The position numbers and the translations under genes are program-made. A model generated the notes under the pieces. That model was not told the DNA's origin and did no database searches. It saw nothing but the letters and a program-made list of their open reading frames with translations. From sequence record PZ445526.1: a stretch of 64,000 nt of DNA; one strand, given 5' to 3'. Shown here piece after piece: positions 1 through 8,712 of the stretch (its first letter is position 1; each line of letters begins with the position of its first letter). The stretch comes from a phage.

Positions 1-432
1 GCACGCTTTGAATCTGTCGCCCTGGAACAACTCCAGATAGTTCATATATCATCTGAGGCAGACTTTAGTGCGGTGTATTCTTTCCGCCCTAAAAACTTAA
101 ACTATTTTGTTGATATTATAGCATACGAAGGAAAATTACCTTCAACAATAAGTGAAAAATCACTTGGAGGATATCCTGTTGATAAAACTATGGATGAATA
201 TACAGTTCATTTAAATGGACGTCATTATTATTCCAACTCAAAATTTGCTTTTTTACCAACTAAAAAGCCTACTCCCGAAATAAACTACATGTACAGTTGT
301 CCATATTTCAATTTGGATAATATCTATGCTGGAACAATAACCATGTACTGGTATAGAAATGATCATATAAGTAATGACCGCCTTGAATCAATATGTTCTC
401 AGGCGGCCAGAATATTAGGAAGGGCTAAATAA
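1..432 (+). CDS. t: holin T, C-terminal portion (5' end lies upstream of window)
   Basis: Frame-1 ORF open from base 1 to TAA at 430-432; C-terminus ...ESICSQAARILGRAK matches remembered T4 holin; convergent with asiA as in T4. Confidence 0.8.
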   Translation, partial: ARFESVALEQLQIVHISSEADFSAVYSFRPKNLNYFVDIIAYEGKLPSTISEKSLGGYPVDKTMDEYTVHLNGRHYYSNSKFAFLPTKKPTPEINYMYSCPYFNLDNIYAGTITMYWYRNDHISNDRLESICSQAARILGRAK

Positions 433-705
433 TTATTTGTTCGTATACATCTCTAGATATCGATATACACCCTCAAAACCCTCGTTGAATTCATCGATGA
501 GGGTTTTCTTATCTTCCTGAGTTAATTCAGAAACAATTTTACGGAATGAATTCTGATTTAATTTTCTACCTTCATGTGTTACTCCAATCTCATTCAGAAA
601 TGCAATAAAATTAGCACGATTCTCAACAATATCTTCTCTGGAAAATTTAATCAAAATAGACGCAACAGTAATAATTTCACGAACTGTATCAATATTTTTA
701 TTCAT
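433..705 (-). CDS. asiA: anti-sigma70 factor AsiA
   Basis: 90 aa, MNKNIDTVREIITVASILIKF...; length and sequence match remembered T4 AsiA; ATG start. Confidence 0.85.
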   Translation of the reverse strand: MNKNIDTVREIITVASILIKFSREDIVENRANFIAFLNEIGVTHEGRKLNQNSFRKIVSELTQEDKKTLIDEFNEGFEGVYRYLEMYTNK

Positions 706-717
706 TAACTATACCAC

Positions 718-870
718 TCAATTAGTTGACTTTGTTATAATATCATCAGACGCTTGATTTGTAAACTGGTCTGTGTTATTTTCTTCAAAAATTTTTTCTA
801 CGAATTCCTTGAACGACTCACGTTCCTGAGCTACATTATGCTCGATTACCTTTTCAAGATTATGACTCAT
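718..870 (-). CDS. hypothetical 50-aa protein (not in ORF track)
   Basis: ATG overlaps stop of upstream ORF (ATGA); hydrophilic MSHNLEKVIEHN...; contains the asiA promoter, so coding status uncertain. Confidence 0.25.
   Translation of the reverse strand: MSHNLEKVIEHNVAQERESFKEFVEKIFEENNTDQFTNQASDDIITKSTN
737..766 (-). promoter_or_regulatory. early promoter upstream of asiA
   Basis: minus strand GTTTACA-N18-TATTAT. Confidence 0.45.
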
Positions 871-1145
871 TCGAAATAATCTTCAATTTCATAATCATGG
901 ACATAAATCATTATAGTTTTTAATACATCATCAATACTTTTTCCTGGAGCTGGAATTACGTAAAAATATCCTGCTTTTGAGAGGTCTTTATAAGTTCCAA
1001 TCAAGAAATCATTATTCTCAAGATGTAGTTCTTCAACTAATTCATTAACAATTGAATGGTATAGGTTTGGTAGAAACTTATATAGCTTTTCTAGAATATC
1101 AATTTTGATTGTGTATTGAACCACGGACTGAGAATCAATAATCAT
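867..1145 (-). CDS. hypothetical 92-aa acidic protein, possible Arn (anti-restriction nuclease) equivalent
   Basis: 92 aa, position just beyond asiA as for T4 arn; assignment by size and synteny only. Confidence 0.45.
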   Translation of the reverse strand: MIIDSQSVVQYTIKIDILEKLYKFLPNLYHSIVNELVEELHLENNDFLIGTYKDLSKAGYFYVIPAPGKSIDDVLKTIMIYVHDYEIEDYFE

Positions 1146-1228
1146 AGACCTTCCCCTTATGTTTCTGTTTGCGATTAGATTCTTTAAACGCTTTCTTCTT
1201 ATCTTTATGGACAGAAGCTTTATTAAAA

Positions 1229-1447
1229 TTATGTTTTGCGACTAAATTGTTCATAGTGCTGAATTACCTCTCTCAAACATTTGCATGTGAATGAAAACTT
1301 TTTAGCTACACCACATTCAAATATATGTTCTCTTAAATCGCGTGTATCGGTATATCCCATCTCAACAATAAAATGCCGTATTAGATTTTTATCTTTATCA
1401 TTGAGAGAATTAAAATAGTCAGATTTTGAATTAATTTCCCTGGCCAA
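1229..1447 (-). CDS. hypothetical protein (72 aa)
   Basis: ORF track; start codon is TTG, true start uncertain; overlaps upstream ORF by 17 nt. Confidence 0.35.
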   Translation of the reverse strand: MAREINSKSDYFNSLNDKDKNLIRHFIVEMGYTDTRDLREHIFECGVAKKFSFTCKCLREVIQHYEQFSRKT

Positions 1448-1727
1448 ATTGAATCACCTTCAGTTGACGTTTTAACTCTTTTATCATTTCTTCGTTCATC
1501 GCAATATAAAGATCGCGTAAAGCAGGTTTTAGCATTCCATTTACCGGAGAACTAAATGGGCATACATAATCTTTTCCTACGAGCTTTTTAGTGAATTCCA
1601 TATTACAGAACTGAAATGCCGGTTCATTGGCATAAATTCCCCAATTAGTTGACATCATTTTATTGGCATATTCTAGTGCCTGGATTTGATTCATAATTCC
1701 ATCAATTTGAAACTTTTTAATATTCAT
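1431..1727 (-). CDS. hypothetical protein (98 aa)
   Basis: ORF track, ATG start, tightly packed in asiA-motA interval. Confidence 0.5.
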   Translation of the reverse strand: MNIKKFQIDGIMNQIQALEYANKMMSTNWGIYANEPAFQFCNMEFTKKLVGKDYVCPFSSPVNGMLKPALRDLYIAMNEEMIKELKRQLKVIQFGQGN

Positions 1728-2188
1728 TAGTAAAGGTCCTCAGAGTAAAGTTCTTTTTCACTACCACCACGTTCAATACGTACTTGTCCAGCGTAAGTTG
1801 CAATAATCATTGCTTCTTCGCGAGTCCAATAATTACTATATTGGTCAATAAATCCTTGGTCATCATCACAAACTTGCTGAGTAACTAATTGAGGTTTAAC
1901 TACATCTAAAACTTCTGCCATATCTTTAGAATAATGACGAGCACCTGGAATAATAAGAGTTCGTCCATCTTTTAATTTAAAACGATTAGCTGCACAGACA
2001 ATTCGTCGTTGATACTTTTGGTTTTCATCCCAGTATGCAGGCTGCCAACAGATTTCAGGAACTTCTTTCAGAATATCTTCTTCTGCGCATTTATAACCGT
2101 GTGCTTTAAATTTTTGAACAAGACTTTCTGGAGTCTCACGAGATAAAGGAACATTCAGCATTTTTAAACGATTAATAAATGGATTCAT
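1727..2188 (-). CDS. hypothetical protein (153 aa)
   Basis: ORF track, ATG start, stop/start abutting neighbours. Confidence 0.55.
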   Translation of the reverse strand: MNPFINRLKMLNVPLSRETPESLVQKFKAHGYKCAEEDILKEVPEICWQPAYWDENQKYQRRIVCAANRFKLKDGRTLIIPGARHYSKDMAEVLDVVKPQLVTQQVCDDDQGFIDQYSNYWTREEAMIIATYAGQVRIERGGSEKELYSEDLY

Positions 2189-2514
2189 TTAAACCATCCT
2201 TTAATACGCTGCCACAAAGTTTTCTGTTGAGCTTTGTTAACACCAATTGAACGAATAACCGGTTGAGATTCCTGGAATTCTTTATAATCGGCAAGGTAAA
2301 TTTCGTAAGCTGCATCTGTAAAGGAACTTATCGCTGCCATGAAATTATTGCGAATACCTACTGGAGCATCTTTACTTTCACGAATAATCATGTATTTACC
2401 AGTCTTAATCTTTACAATAGTTCCAAGATAAGCTCCATGGTACCAAATATCCCAACCCTCTTGAGTAGGTTCTGCACAACGACGAAGTTCATTGACAATT
2501 TCTAACTTGTTCAT
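2185..2514 (-). CDS. hypothetical protein (109 aa)
   Basis: ORF track, ATG start, 4-nt overlap with downstream ORF. Confidence 0.55.
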   Translation of the reverse strand: MNKLEIVNELRRCAEPTQEGWDIWYHGAYLGTIVKIKTGKYMIIRESKDAPVGIRNNFMAAISSFTDAAYEIYLADYKEFQESQPVIRSIGVNKAQQKTLWQRIKGWFK

Positions 2515-2524
2515 TATTTATTCC

Positions 2525-3160
2525 TCATAGTTCAGATGCTACAGTGATTACAGCTTCAATGTTTTCTACTGAGCGTTTAATGTCAAGATACACATTACCG
2601 TTTTTAGCGATTTTACATGACATTCCGATGTCAGTAAATTTCTGAATATGATGTTCCATCATTTTGTATCCAAAAATTCGCATATTTCCATTGTTGTTAA
2701 TTTCAAAATTACGAATTCCGTGAGTGCGTTTTTCTAAAATAGCGAGATAGTTACTGCGATAAGTTTCAACCTTTTTAAGAACAAATCCATTTTCATCTAA
2801 AAGTTTTAACATGAAGTCTTTATCTTCTTCCATATCAGAAGTAATCTCACGAGCTTTACGAGTTGCTCGTTTTTTCAGCAGTTCCGGAGCATTTTCTTGT
2901 GCGTATAAAGTTGCTGCATTTGAAATAATATCCTGAGCTTCACCAGTAATGATTAATCCATCACCAGATTTCTCCACCAGGCCTTTTTTAATCAATACCC
3001 CAATATTACTATTAACTACTGCGTTACCTAAATCTGGATGCACCTCACGAACTTCTGCAGCTGTAATGAAATCTTTCTTAGCAATGGTAATTAAAATCGC
3101 AGCAGTTTTTTCATTCAGAACATCGTTAGAAGCTTTGATGATGTAAGTTACTTTAGACAT
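2525..3160 (-). CDS. motA: middle-transcription activator MotA
   Basis: 211 aa, MSKVTYIIKASNDVLNEKTAAILITIAKKDF...; matches remembered T4 MotA length and sequence; early promoter 3202-3231 upstream. Confidence 0.9.
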   Translation of the reverse strand: MSKVTYIIKASNDVLNEKTAAILITIAKKDFITAAEVREVHPDLGNAVVNSNIGVLIKKGLVEKSGDGLIITGEAQDIISNAATLYAQENAPELLKKRATRKAREITSDMEEDKDFMLKLLDENGFVLKKVETYRSNYLAILEKRTHGIRNFEINNNGNMRIFGYKMMEHHIQKFTDIGMSCKIAKNGNVYLDIKRSVENIEAVITVASEL

Positions 3161-3201
3161 TTTCTAATCTCCGTAATTCTGTATCAGTAGTTGATAGTTG
3201 T

Positions 3202-3231
3202 ATAGTACCATAGAATGCTTTGGTTGTAAAC
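3202..3231 (-). promoter_or_regulatory. early promoter for motA
   Basis: minus strand GTTTAC-N18-TACTAT with TGG extension; conserved leader. Confidence 0.6.
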
Positions 3232-3251
3232 AGTTTTGTGAAAAAATTTTT

Positions 3252-3282
3252 GAAATAAAAAAGGGAGAGCCGAGGCTCTCCC
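3252..3282 (-). terminator. rho-independent terminator
   Basis: GGGAGAGC-CUCG-GCUCUCCC followed by UUUUUUAUUU. Confidence 0.6.
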
Positions 3283-3287
3283 TAAAA

Positions 3288-3437
3288 TTACTGCATGACT
3301 GTGATAACTGTCATGATAACACGTTGAATTCCGAACGCAAGAAGACCTCCTGCTACGGCTGGAACAACACCTAAACCCGCCAGTAAAATGCTACCGGATA
3401 CTAATGCAGCGCTTGTAATACCTATGAATGGACTCAT
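3288..3437 (-). CDS. 49-aa hydrophobic membrane peptide (not in ORF track)
   Basis: ATG overlaps gene 52 stop (ATGA); MSPFIGITSAALVSGSILLAGLGVVPAVAGGLLAFGIQRVIMTVITVMQ; followed at once by terminator hairpin. Confidence 0.4.
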   Translation of the reverse strand: MSPFIGITSAALVSGSILLAGLGVVPAVAGGLLAFGIQRVIMTVITVMQ

Positions 3438-4762
3438 TTGATTTCCTCTAAATCTTTGGTGTATTCTGTAACTACATCAGTAGTTTTCCAATATTCGTTT
3501 TCTTCTTTTTTAGCTTTAGCTTCTTCGGCAAGTTTCTTTGCTTCATCAGAAGTCATGTGAAAAATATTCATTCCAACTAGTTTATCAACATAAGAAGAAT
3601 ACATATCGATTTTCGAAAGTTCTTCGGTCAGTTCTTTACGAGTTTTACCCTGCACAATGATTTCACCTGAAATTACTTTCTTAATGAAATGTGCCTTGGC
3701 AAAGGCTAAACGAAAAGCTGATTCAGTTTCTTTAATTTTGTTATCAATTCGTTTTTGAACATAAGTTTTACGAACTTCAACAAAGTCTTTAATTAAATCA
3801 ACTACGTTATCGTAAACTTGTAGTTTTCCTTTCTCATTAATAACCGTAATATTCTGAGAACGACGCTCAATCAACCCGAAGTCTTTCATAATTTTTGCAT
3901 GGCGTTCTTCTTCGTTATCGCTCAAAGAATATTCTTTGCGGAATTTAACTTTGAATCCAAAACCGTGCTCACCACAAGCATCATCCCATGTAATGAAGCC
4001 TTTATCTTCAAGTGGGTCTAAGATTTTACTCACATAAGTTTCACGATCATACTTATACGGAATCTCAGTGATATTCATTTGAGTTCGTGAAGTAAACTTG
4101 TACGTTCCACGAATTTCATATTGACCGTCAATCTCAACGACTTCACCACGAAATTCTGGGAATTCTACCTTCGGTTTAGTTACTTTCTTTCCTTGAAGAG
4201 CTTGCAGTACAGCTTTCTTGACAGAAGAAACACTATGAGGAAGAATGTAAGTTGCATAACCAGTTGCAATACCGGAAACGCCATTAAGAAGAACAGTAGG
4301 AATAATAGGCAAATAGAAAGCAGGCGGAATGTGTTCTTTATCTTGATGTACCGGAGCATATTCAGTATCTTTATATACGTTATAGAAATTTTTACTTACA
4401 CGAGCAAAAATATAACGACTTGCCGCTGCTTTTTGAACGGTACGAGAACCGAAGTTTCCTTGACCATCTAACAGAGGAAAGTTATTATTCCAAGTGTTAG
4501 CCATCAAAGCTCCCGCATCTTGCGCAGAGTTTTCGCCATGGTGATATCCAAGGTCCGCTACACCACCTGCGATAGAAGCTAGCTTATGAAACTTATCTTT
4601 ATTTCCTCGTGCCAAATCAAGAGCTCGAGCAATAACAAATCGTTGAACTGGCTTAAATCCATCAATCATATTTGGGATAGCACGATTTTCAACCGTGTAC
4701 ATAGCATAAGCCAATGCTTCATTATCAATGATACTTTTTAAATCGCGATTATTCAGTTGCAT
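3434..4762 (-). CDS. 52: DNA topoisomerase II medium subunit gp52 (GyrA-like)
   Basis: 442 aa, MQLNNRDLKSIIDNEALAYAMYTVENRAIPNMIDGFKPVQR...; matches remembered T4 gp52 length and N-terminus. Confidence 0.95.
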   Translation of the reverse strand: MQLNNRDLKSIIDNEALAYAMYTVENRAIPNMIDGFKPVQRFVIARALDLARGNKDKFHKLASIAGGVADLGYHHGENSAQDAGALMANTWNNNFPLLDGQGNFGSRTVQKAAASRYIFARVSKNFYNVYKDTEYAPVHQDKEHIPPAFYLPIIPTVLLNGVSGIATGYATYILPHSVSSVKKAVLQALQGKKVTKPKVEFPEFRGEVVEIDGQYEIRGTYKFTSRTQMNITEIPYKYDRETYVSKILDPLEDKGFITWDDACGEHGFGFKVKFRKEYSLSDNEEERHAKIMKDFGLIERRSQNITVINEKGKLQVYDNVVDLIKDFVEVRKTYVQKRIDNKIKETESAFRLAFAKAHFIKKVISGEIIVQGKTRKELTEELSKIDMYSSYVDKLVGMNIFHMTSDEAKKLAEEAKAKKEENEYWKTTDVVTEYTKDLEEIK

Positions 4763-4766
4763 AAAT

Positions 4767-4907
4767 TTACCATACTAGTGAATGTAGTGCCATAATAACA
4801 TCAGAAATGAAAAGCACGACTTGAATTAATCCGAACATTACTCCATAATATAGTGCTACTAATAAAGTAGCAAGGGCTAATGAATAGCCCAAGATTTTCT
4901 TAATCAT
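4767..4907 (-). CDS. 46-aa hydrophobic peptide (not in ORF track)
   Basis: MIKKILGYSLALATLLVALYYGVMFGLIQVVLFISDVIMALHSLVW; start overlaps stop of upstream micro-ORF (ATGATTAA); stop 5 nt before gene 52 ATG. Confidence 0.4.
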   Translation of the reverse strand: MIKKILGYSLALATLLVALYYGVMFGLIQVVLFISDVIMALHSLVW

Positions 4908-5058
4908 TAGTAGATAACAACACAAATGTTAAATATGCACACATACCCTGAGCTAAAGCTTGCGAAAACACACTGCTGGCATCAATACAGATAGTTAAAA
5001 CACATGCTACTATCCAACAAATAAATGAAATAACTCCTAATAATTTTGCAATATTCAT
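4900..5058 (-). CDS. 52-aa hydrophobic peptide, possible ac equivalent (not in ORF track)
   Basis: MNIAKLLGVISFICWIVACVLTICIDASSV...; SD GAGGAAA 7 nt upstream; position between stp and 52. Confidence 0.4.
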   Translation of the reverse strand: MNIAKLLGVISFICWIVACVLTICIDASSVFSQALAQGMCAYLTFVLLSTND

Positions 5059-5065
5059 ATTTTCC

Positions 5066-5146
5066 TCACTGGCGTCCGAAGACGCCTTTAGTTTTAAGAT
5101 TATTACGATAGAACTGCATCACGTGTTCGTTGTGGAAATTACTCAT
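5066..5146 (-). CDS. stp: Stp peptide (26 aa)
   Basis: [26 protein letters not shown] matches remembered T4 Stp; ATG overlaps ndd stop (TAATG). Confidence 0.7.
5071..5086 (-). other. UUCG-tetraloop hairpin inside the 3' end of stp
   Basis: GGCGUC-UUCG-GACGCC; no U-tract. Confidence 0.4.
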
Positions 5147-5604
5147 TAATATGCCTGCAAAACGAATTTAAAATTATCAGCCAACATACGGTTCATTTCT
5201 TCAAGTGTTTGATACTCAGAATGATGATTACGAGTAAACGCTAAAGCTAACTGTCCTTTTCCAAATCCCGTCGTCAGAGGTTTCATCTTAGAAGCAGGCA
5301 GATAAAATACTGTGTATGGAACATTGTTATTTGCAATAGTACGTGCAAGCTGAGACCGACGTTGACGAATATGACTTAGAACTGCACTGAATCCTTGCTT
5401 AGAACGCTGATTACCTACATAAAATCGTGCTGACACACATGGATTACTAAATGGACGACCATCTAATTTACTTACTAAAAAGTAAAATCCAGGTTTAGAT
5501 AAAATATCTTTATGCGGAGTTCCCAAAAACCATTCACCGCCCTTGATTGTACCAATAACAGTTGCGCCTGCATTGTTCAGATCAGTAACAGTCATGTATT
5601 TCAT
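5146..5604 (-). CDS. ndd: nucleoid disruption protein Ndd
   Basis: 152 aa from internal ATG with SD GAGGAAA ([13 protein letters not shown]...), matching remembered T4 Ndd; track start 5658 lies inside an upstream hairpin. Confidence 0.8.
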
Positions 5605-5636
5605 ATTAATTTCCTCTAAATTATTTTCTACTCCAA

Positions 5637-5656
5637 GGCCGCATGAATACGCGGCC
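5637..5656 (-). other. intercistronic stem-loop upstream of ndd
   Basis: GGCCGC / GCGGCC stem with 8-nt loop. Confidence 0.35.
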
Positions 5657-5662
5657 ATTAAA

Positions 5663-5878
5663 TTAATCGTCGCAGTCGACGCTCAATTCCCAAAACTCTT
5701 CTACGGTATAAGTTTCAGTATCATTTTCAATACAGAAACGTTCATTACTGTTATTTGCTAAAGTAGCATTAACTGTCGGTTTCTCGCTAGTGCTCTTAAG
5801 AGGTGAAATACGAATTAACTGATCACCGTTATCTAAACAGAAAATTTCACCAACTTTTACATCTTTAAAACTTTTCAT
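5663..5878 (-). CDS. hypothetical protein (71 aa)
   Basis: ORF track, ATG start with SD GAGGTGA. Confidence 0.5.
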   Translation of the reverse strand: MKSFKDVKVGEIFCLDNGDQLIRISPLKSTSEKPTVNATLANNSNERFCIENDTETYTVEEFWELSVDCDD

Positions 5879-5886
5879 AATTCACC

Positions 5887-5997
5887 TCAAGGAGTATAAA
5901 ATCCAAATGCAGTTGTTGACCATCCCATCCAATACGGAAAATTTGCACCAATGTAAAACATGAGAATATAAAACCAACCGCTCAGCAAATTCATCAT
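5887..5997 (-). CDS. 36-aa hydrophobic peptide (not in ORF track)
   Basis: ATG overlaps stop of upstream ORF (ATGA); MMNLLSGWFYILMFYIGANFPYWMGWSTTAFGFYTP. Confidence 0.3.
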   Translation of the reverse strand: MMNLLSGWFYILMFYIGANFPYWMGWSTTAFGFYTP

Positions 5998-6191
5998 TTT
6001 ACACCATTCCAAATTGTTTCAATCACGGATTTTAAACCATTTTGATGAATATCAATTCCGACAACTGCCATCAAATAGATTCCAACTACAACTGAACCCA
6101 AGGCGAAAATCAGCATGAAAATGAATAAAGCCGGAAAAATATTATCGAAAAACCATTCAATAAATGTAAAAGCACTACGTTTACGCTTCAT
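5994..6191 (-). CDS. hypothetical membrane protein (65 aa)
   Basis: Track ORF starts at TTG 6212; internal ATG at 6191 has SD GAGGAAA; one long hydrophobic helix. Confidence 0.5.
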   Translation of the reverse strand: MKRKRSAFTFIEWFFDNIFPALFIFMLIFALGSVVVGIYLMAVVGIDIHQNGLKSVIETIWNGVK

Positions 6192-6198
6192 ATTTTCC

Positions 6199-6312
6199 TC
6201 ACATAAATCCAAAATAAGCGTTTAATACATCAATCATTAAAACGATTGGGAATATACTCAAAACTATTAGTATTATAACTACATTCCATATAGCTTTAAC
6301 AATCTTTTTCAT
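6199..6312 (-). CDS. 37-aa membrane peptide
   Basis: Track ORF 6199..6408 runs through promoter 6341-6370; ATG at 6312 follows leader SD GGAGGA; MKKIVKAIWNVVIILIVLSIFPIVLMIDVLNAYFGFM. Confidence 0.45.
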   Translation of the reverse strand: MKKIVKAIWNVVIILIVLSIFPIVLMIDVLNAYFGFM

Positions 6313-6340
6313 TTTCTGTTCCTCCGTAGTTGATAGGGTA

Positions 6341-6370
6341 ATAATACCACAGAGGAACAGTCTTGTAAAC
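6341..6370 (-). promoter_or_regulatory. early promoter cassette
   Basis: GTTTAC-N18-TATTAT, TGG-extended; near-identical to cassette at 58078-58107. Confidence 0.55.
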
Positions 6371-6376
6371 AACTTT

Positions 6377-6475
6377 TTAAAAATATTCGTAATAAATGTG
6401 AATACCAATCACCACTGCCGAAACTTGTGCAACCCACCACGCACAAGCAATAAGTACAGAATTAAAAATTTTCAT
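6377..6475 (-). CDS. 32-aa hydrophobic peptide (not in ORF track)
   Basis: MKIFNSVLIACAWWVAQVSAVVIGIHIYYEYF; SD GAGG; start overlaps stop of another 28-aa micro-ORF. Confidence 0.25.
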   Translation of the reverse strand: MKIFNSVLIACAWWVAQVSAVVIGIHIYYEYF

Positions 6476-6554
6476 AATAACCTCATCACAAAAGTAAATG
6501 TTAAACAAATTAATGGAATACTAATTAACCAAACAAAACACCACCATAATGAAC

Positions 6555-6818
6555 TCATAGCTCAATCTCAGCGATTTTCATTTCATTACTATTAATAGCC
6601 GCTTTAAGACTATCTGAAAGAATTACATTCCAGTGGTCATTCATATGACCATTAACTAAGCGTGTAATTTCTTCAGGAGTTGAAAAATAAGGCTGATCAG
6701 ACTCCCAATGCGATAATCCTAAGCGAGTATAAATCATGCCTTCATCATCGCTAGAATATTCAACTGACACAAACTCATCAGTTATTTTATGCTTAGCATA
6801 ATAAAATTTAAATTTCAT
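6555..6818 (-). CDS. hypothetical protein (87 aa)
   Basis: Track ORF trimmed to ATG at 6818 behind leader SD GGAGAG; upstream early promoter 6853-6882. Confidence 0.5.
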   Translation of the reverse strand: MKFKFYYAKHKITDEFVSVEYSSDDEGMIYTRLGLSHWESDQPYFSTPEEITRLVNGHMNDHWNVILSDSLKAAINSNEMKIAEIEL

Positions 6819-6852
6819 TTTACTCTCCAAATCCATATCAGTTGATAGTTGT

Positions 6853-6882
6853 ATAGTACCACGGTCCTTGTGGTATGTAAAC
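6853..6882 (-). promoter_or_regulatory. early promoter cassette
   Basis: GTTTAC-N18-TACTAT, TGG-extended. Confidence 0.6.
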
Positions 6883-6897
6883 TGTTTTGTGAAATTT

Positions 6898-7455
6898 TTA
6901 AATGGAAAGATACCATCCGTTGTAGTTGCTTTTTCTTACAACTTTACGAAGGTCTTCTCTGTCACCGATGAACTTCGGAGTGTACTGGATGACACCTGGA
7001 TGAATTTCTTTAGTGTTGAATATAATTATACAGTCAGCGACTTGATGATTTAGAATGGGCCCTAGATTTATTCCAGAACCGTATGGATACTCTCCGCTGC
7101 ATCCTGTTGTTACAGAAATCCAACGTGAGTCAGTTTGGTGTGTCTTAACTTCTACACGAAGCCCGCAGTATCTTGGATGCGCCAATACATCCCATGCGTA
7201 TGTATACGGGTCATTAACATCCTCTTGGCCTTTATTGACATATCCGCTTAGCCAATCTGCTACAAAAAATTCTGCGTACACAGCGATACGACATCTTTCG
7301 ATAACTTCTGCCTTATCCTGATTTGGGTTTTGTTTTAAAGAGTATCTTGCTGTATCAGCAATTTTGACCTTCATTTCACTAGTCAAGTCACTGTTCGATA
7401 GGGTAAATGTCGGAATCTGAAATAGTCTCTGTAAACCCGGATTCGTTTTCTGCAT
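6898..7455 (-). CDS. denB: endonuclease IV DenB
   Basis: 185 aa, matches remembered T4 DenB length and position between ndd region and rIIB; SD AAGGAAAG. Confidence 0.75.
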   Translation of the reverse strand: MQKTNPGLQRLFQIPTFTLSNSDLTSEMKVKIADTARYSLKQNPNQDKAEVIERCRIAVYAEFFVADWLSGYVNKGQEDVNDPYTYAWDVLAHPRYCGLRVEVKTHQTDSRWISVTTGCSGEYPYGSGINLGPILNHQVADCIIIFNTKEIHPGVIQYTPKFIGDREDLRKVVRKSNYNGWYLSI

Positions 7456-7510
7456 TTAGACTTTCCTTTATGTCGGAATCACTGATATTCATATAATAAA
7501 TCATAATTTC

Positions 7511-7537
7511 TCTTAAAACAAAAGGGCCGAAGCCCTT
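7511..7537 (-). terminator. UUCG hairpin, terminator-like
   Basis: AAGGGC-UUCG-GCCCUU then UUGUUUUAAGA. Confidence 0.5.
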
Positions 7538-7539
7538 AT

Positions 7540-7734
7540 TTATTTGAATTGTGCAATTCTTTTCTCTAGACATTCAGCATAAGATTTCATTGAGATGAAC
7601 TGTGAAAGCAGCAGTTCTTGCTCAACTGCACTAACCGTTAGAAACTTTGTGCTTTCTAAAAATTTGCTCAGTGCATTAATTTTGAGCATTAATTGATCGT
7701 ATTCTTCTTTTACTCGTGCTTGATAACCTAACAT
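7540..7734 (-). CDS. hypothetical protein (64 aa)
   Basis: ORF track, ATG with SD AAGGAAAA; bracketed by two UUCG hairpins. Confidence 0.5.
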   Translation of the reverse strand: MLGYQARVKEEYDQLMLKINALSKFLESTKFLTVSAVEQELLLSQFISMKSYAECLEKRIAQFK

Positions 7735-7748
7735 AATTTTCCTTAGTT

Positions 7749-7764
7749 AAGGGCCGAAGCCCTT
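7749..7764 (-). other. UUCG hairpin overlapping the rIIB stop codon
   Basis: AAGGGC-UUCG-GCCCUU; no U-tract. Confidence 0.4.
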
Positions 7765-8701
7765 ATTTAAATTGTTCAGTAACGTCTTCAACTACTTCGT
7801 ATTGGCAGGTACGCATTTTAGCATCGTTGTAATCAATCGGAATTGATACTACATCACGCGGATGTACTTTAACTTTTACAACTCGGCTAGTTGAACTGCC
7901 AAAGTGACGAATATAAGATTTAGAACACACATGTAGACCACGAGAACAAGTTTGTGTATCATCGTCATTCACACGAGTACGCGGCATTTTAACTACTTTA
8001 CCAGGACTGTTATCAAAGGTATTTGAGTGACAGTCAAAGTAATTACTACGAACTACTTTCCAAGCATAGAAGTAACCATCTTCTGTAATTTCAATATCGT
8101 TTGCTACCAAGAAATCAAAAAGTCGAGATACCGCTTTCTGGCTTGGGTTTTCCAGCAGATTTTCCAAGAACGGAAAATAAAATTCAAAGTTTTCGCCTTT
8201 TTCCATCGAATCAAGAATACGATCAACCAAACCAGACCGCAATTCAATATTTTGATAGAATAAGCTTCCACCTTCAATTCGAACATCGCCGGAAATATAT
8301 TTTTCAACAGCGCGACGAACATTAATTTTTTGTGCCGCTTCTTCTAACTTATCTGCTACGAGCAGATTAAGAATTTCCTGGAAGTTTGAATGAGTATTAG
8401 GAGTTGCGTTATAAGTTACACCGTCAACAGTAATTGAAATGAATTTTTTAGAAGCATTCCAAATAATATCAGATTTAGCAGCTGGAGCAATAACTGCATC
8501 GCTATTAACTTTAACTGTAATATCACCGCTAATAGTAACTGTAGAGCGTTCTGCTTCTTCAGCATTTTTCAAAACACGACGGATTGTGTCAACCGATACA
8601 CCTTGCCAATCAGCCAATTCCTGCTGAGTGTAATTACCACTTGAATACAGTTTAACAATTTCAGCTTGTTCGTTTTTGGTCAGGCATTTAATATTGTACA
8701 T
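7763..8701 (-). CDS. rIIB: rIIB protein
   Basis: 312 aa, immediately downstream of rIIA; size and synteny match T4 rIIB. Confidence 0.9.
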   Translation of the reverse strand: MYNIKCLTKNEQAEIVKLYSSGNYTQQELADWQGVSVDTIRRVLKNAEEAERSTVTISGDITVKVNSDAVIAPAAKSDIIWNASKKFISITVDGVTYNATPNTHSNFQEILNLLVADKLEEAAQKINVRRAVEKYISGDVRIEGGSLFYQNIELRSGLVDRILDSMEKGENFEFYFPFLENLLENPSQKAVSRLFDFLVANDIEITEDGYFYAWKVVRSNYFDCHSNTFDNSPGKVVKMPRTRVNDDDTQTCSRGLHVCSKSYIRHFGSSTSRVVKVKVHPRDVVSIPIDYNDAKMRTCQYEVVEDVTEQFK

Positions 8702-8712
8702 AATTTTCCTTA

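Noticed and set aside
706-717. TGGTATAGT -10-like element immediately before the asiA ATG
   Set aside because: A transcript from it would start at or after the start codon; the GTTTACA-N18-TATTAT element at 737-766 is a better promoter.
2263-2505. Plus-strand ORFs lying inside minus-strand genes (2263..2505, 2949..3146, 4121..4471, 8027..8263, 8101..8325, 11681..11908, 12512..12802, 33308..33541 and the other plus-strand track entries except 73..432 and 24799..24999)
   Set aside because: They sit antisense within well-supported genes, lack ribosome-binding sites and have low-complexity composition; treated as shadow ORFs.
7388-7573. 61-aa ORF overlapping the denB start
   Set aside because: Its track start lies upstream of a hairpin and inside the previous gene; the only plausible form is a 38-codon ORF from ATG 7504 overlapping denB by 68 nt, which is too uncertain to call.
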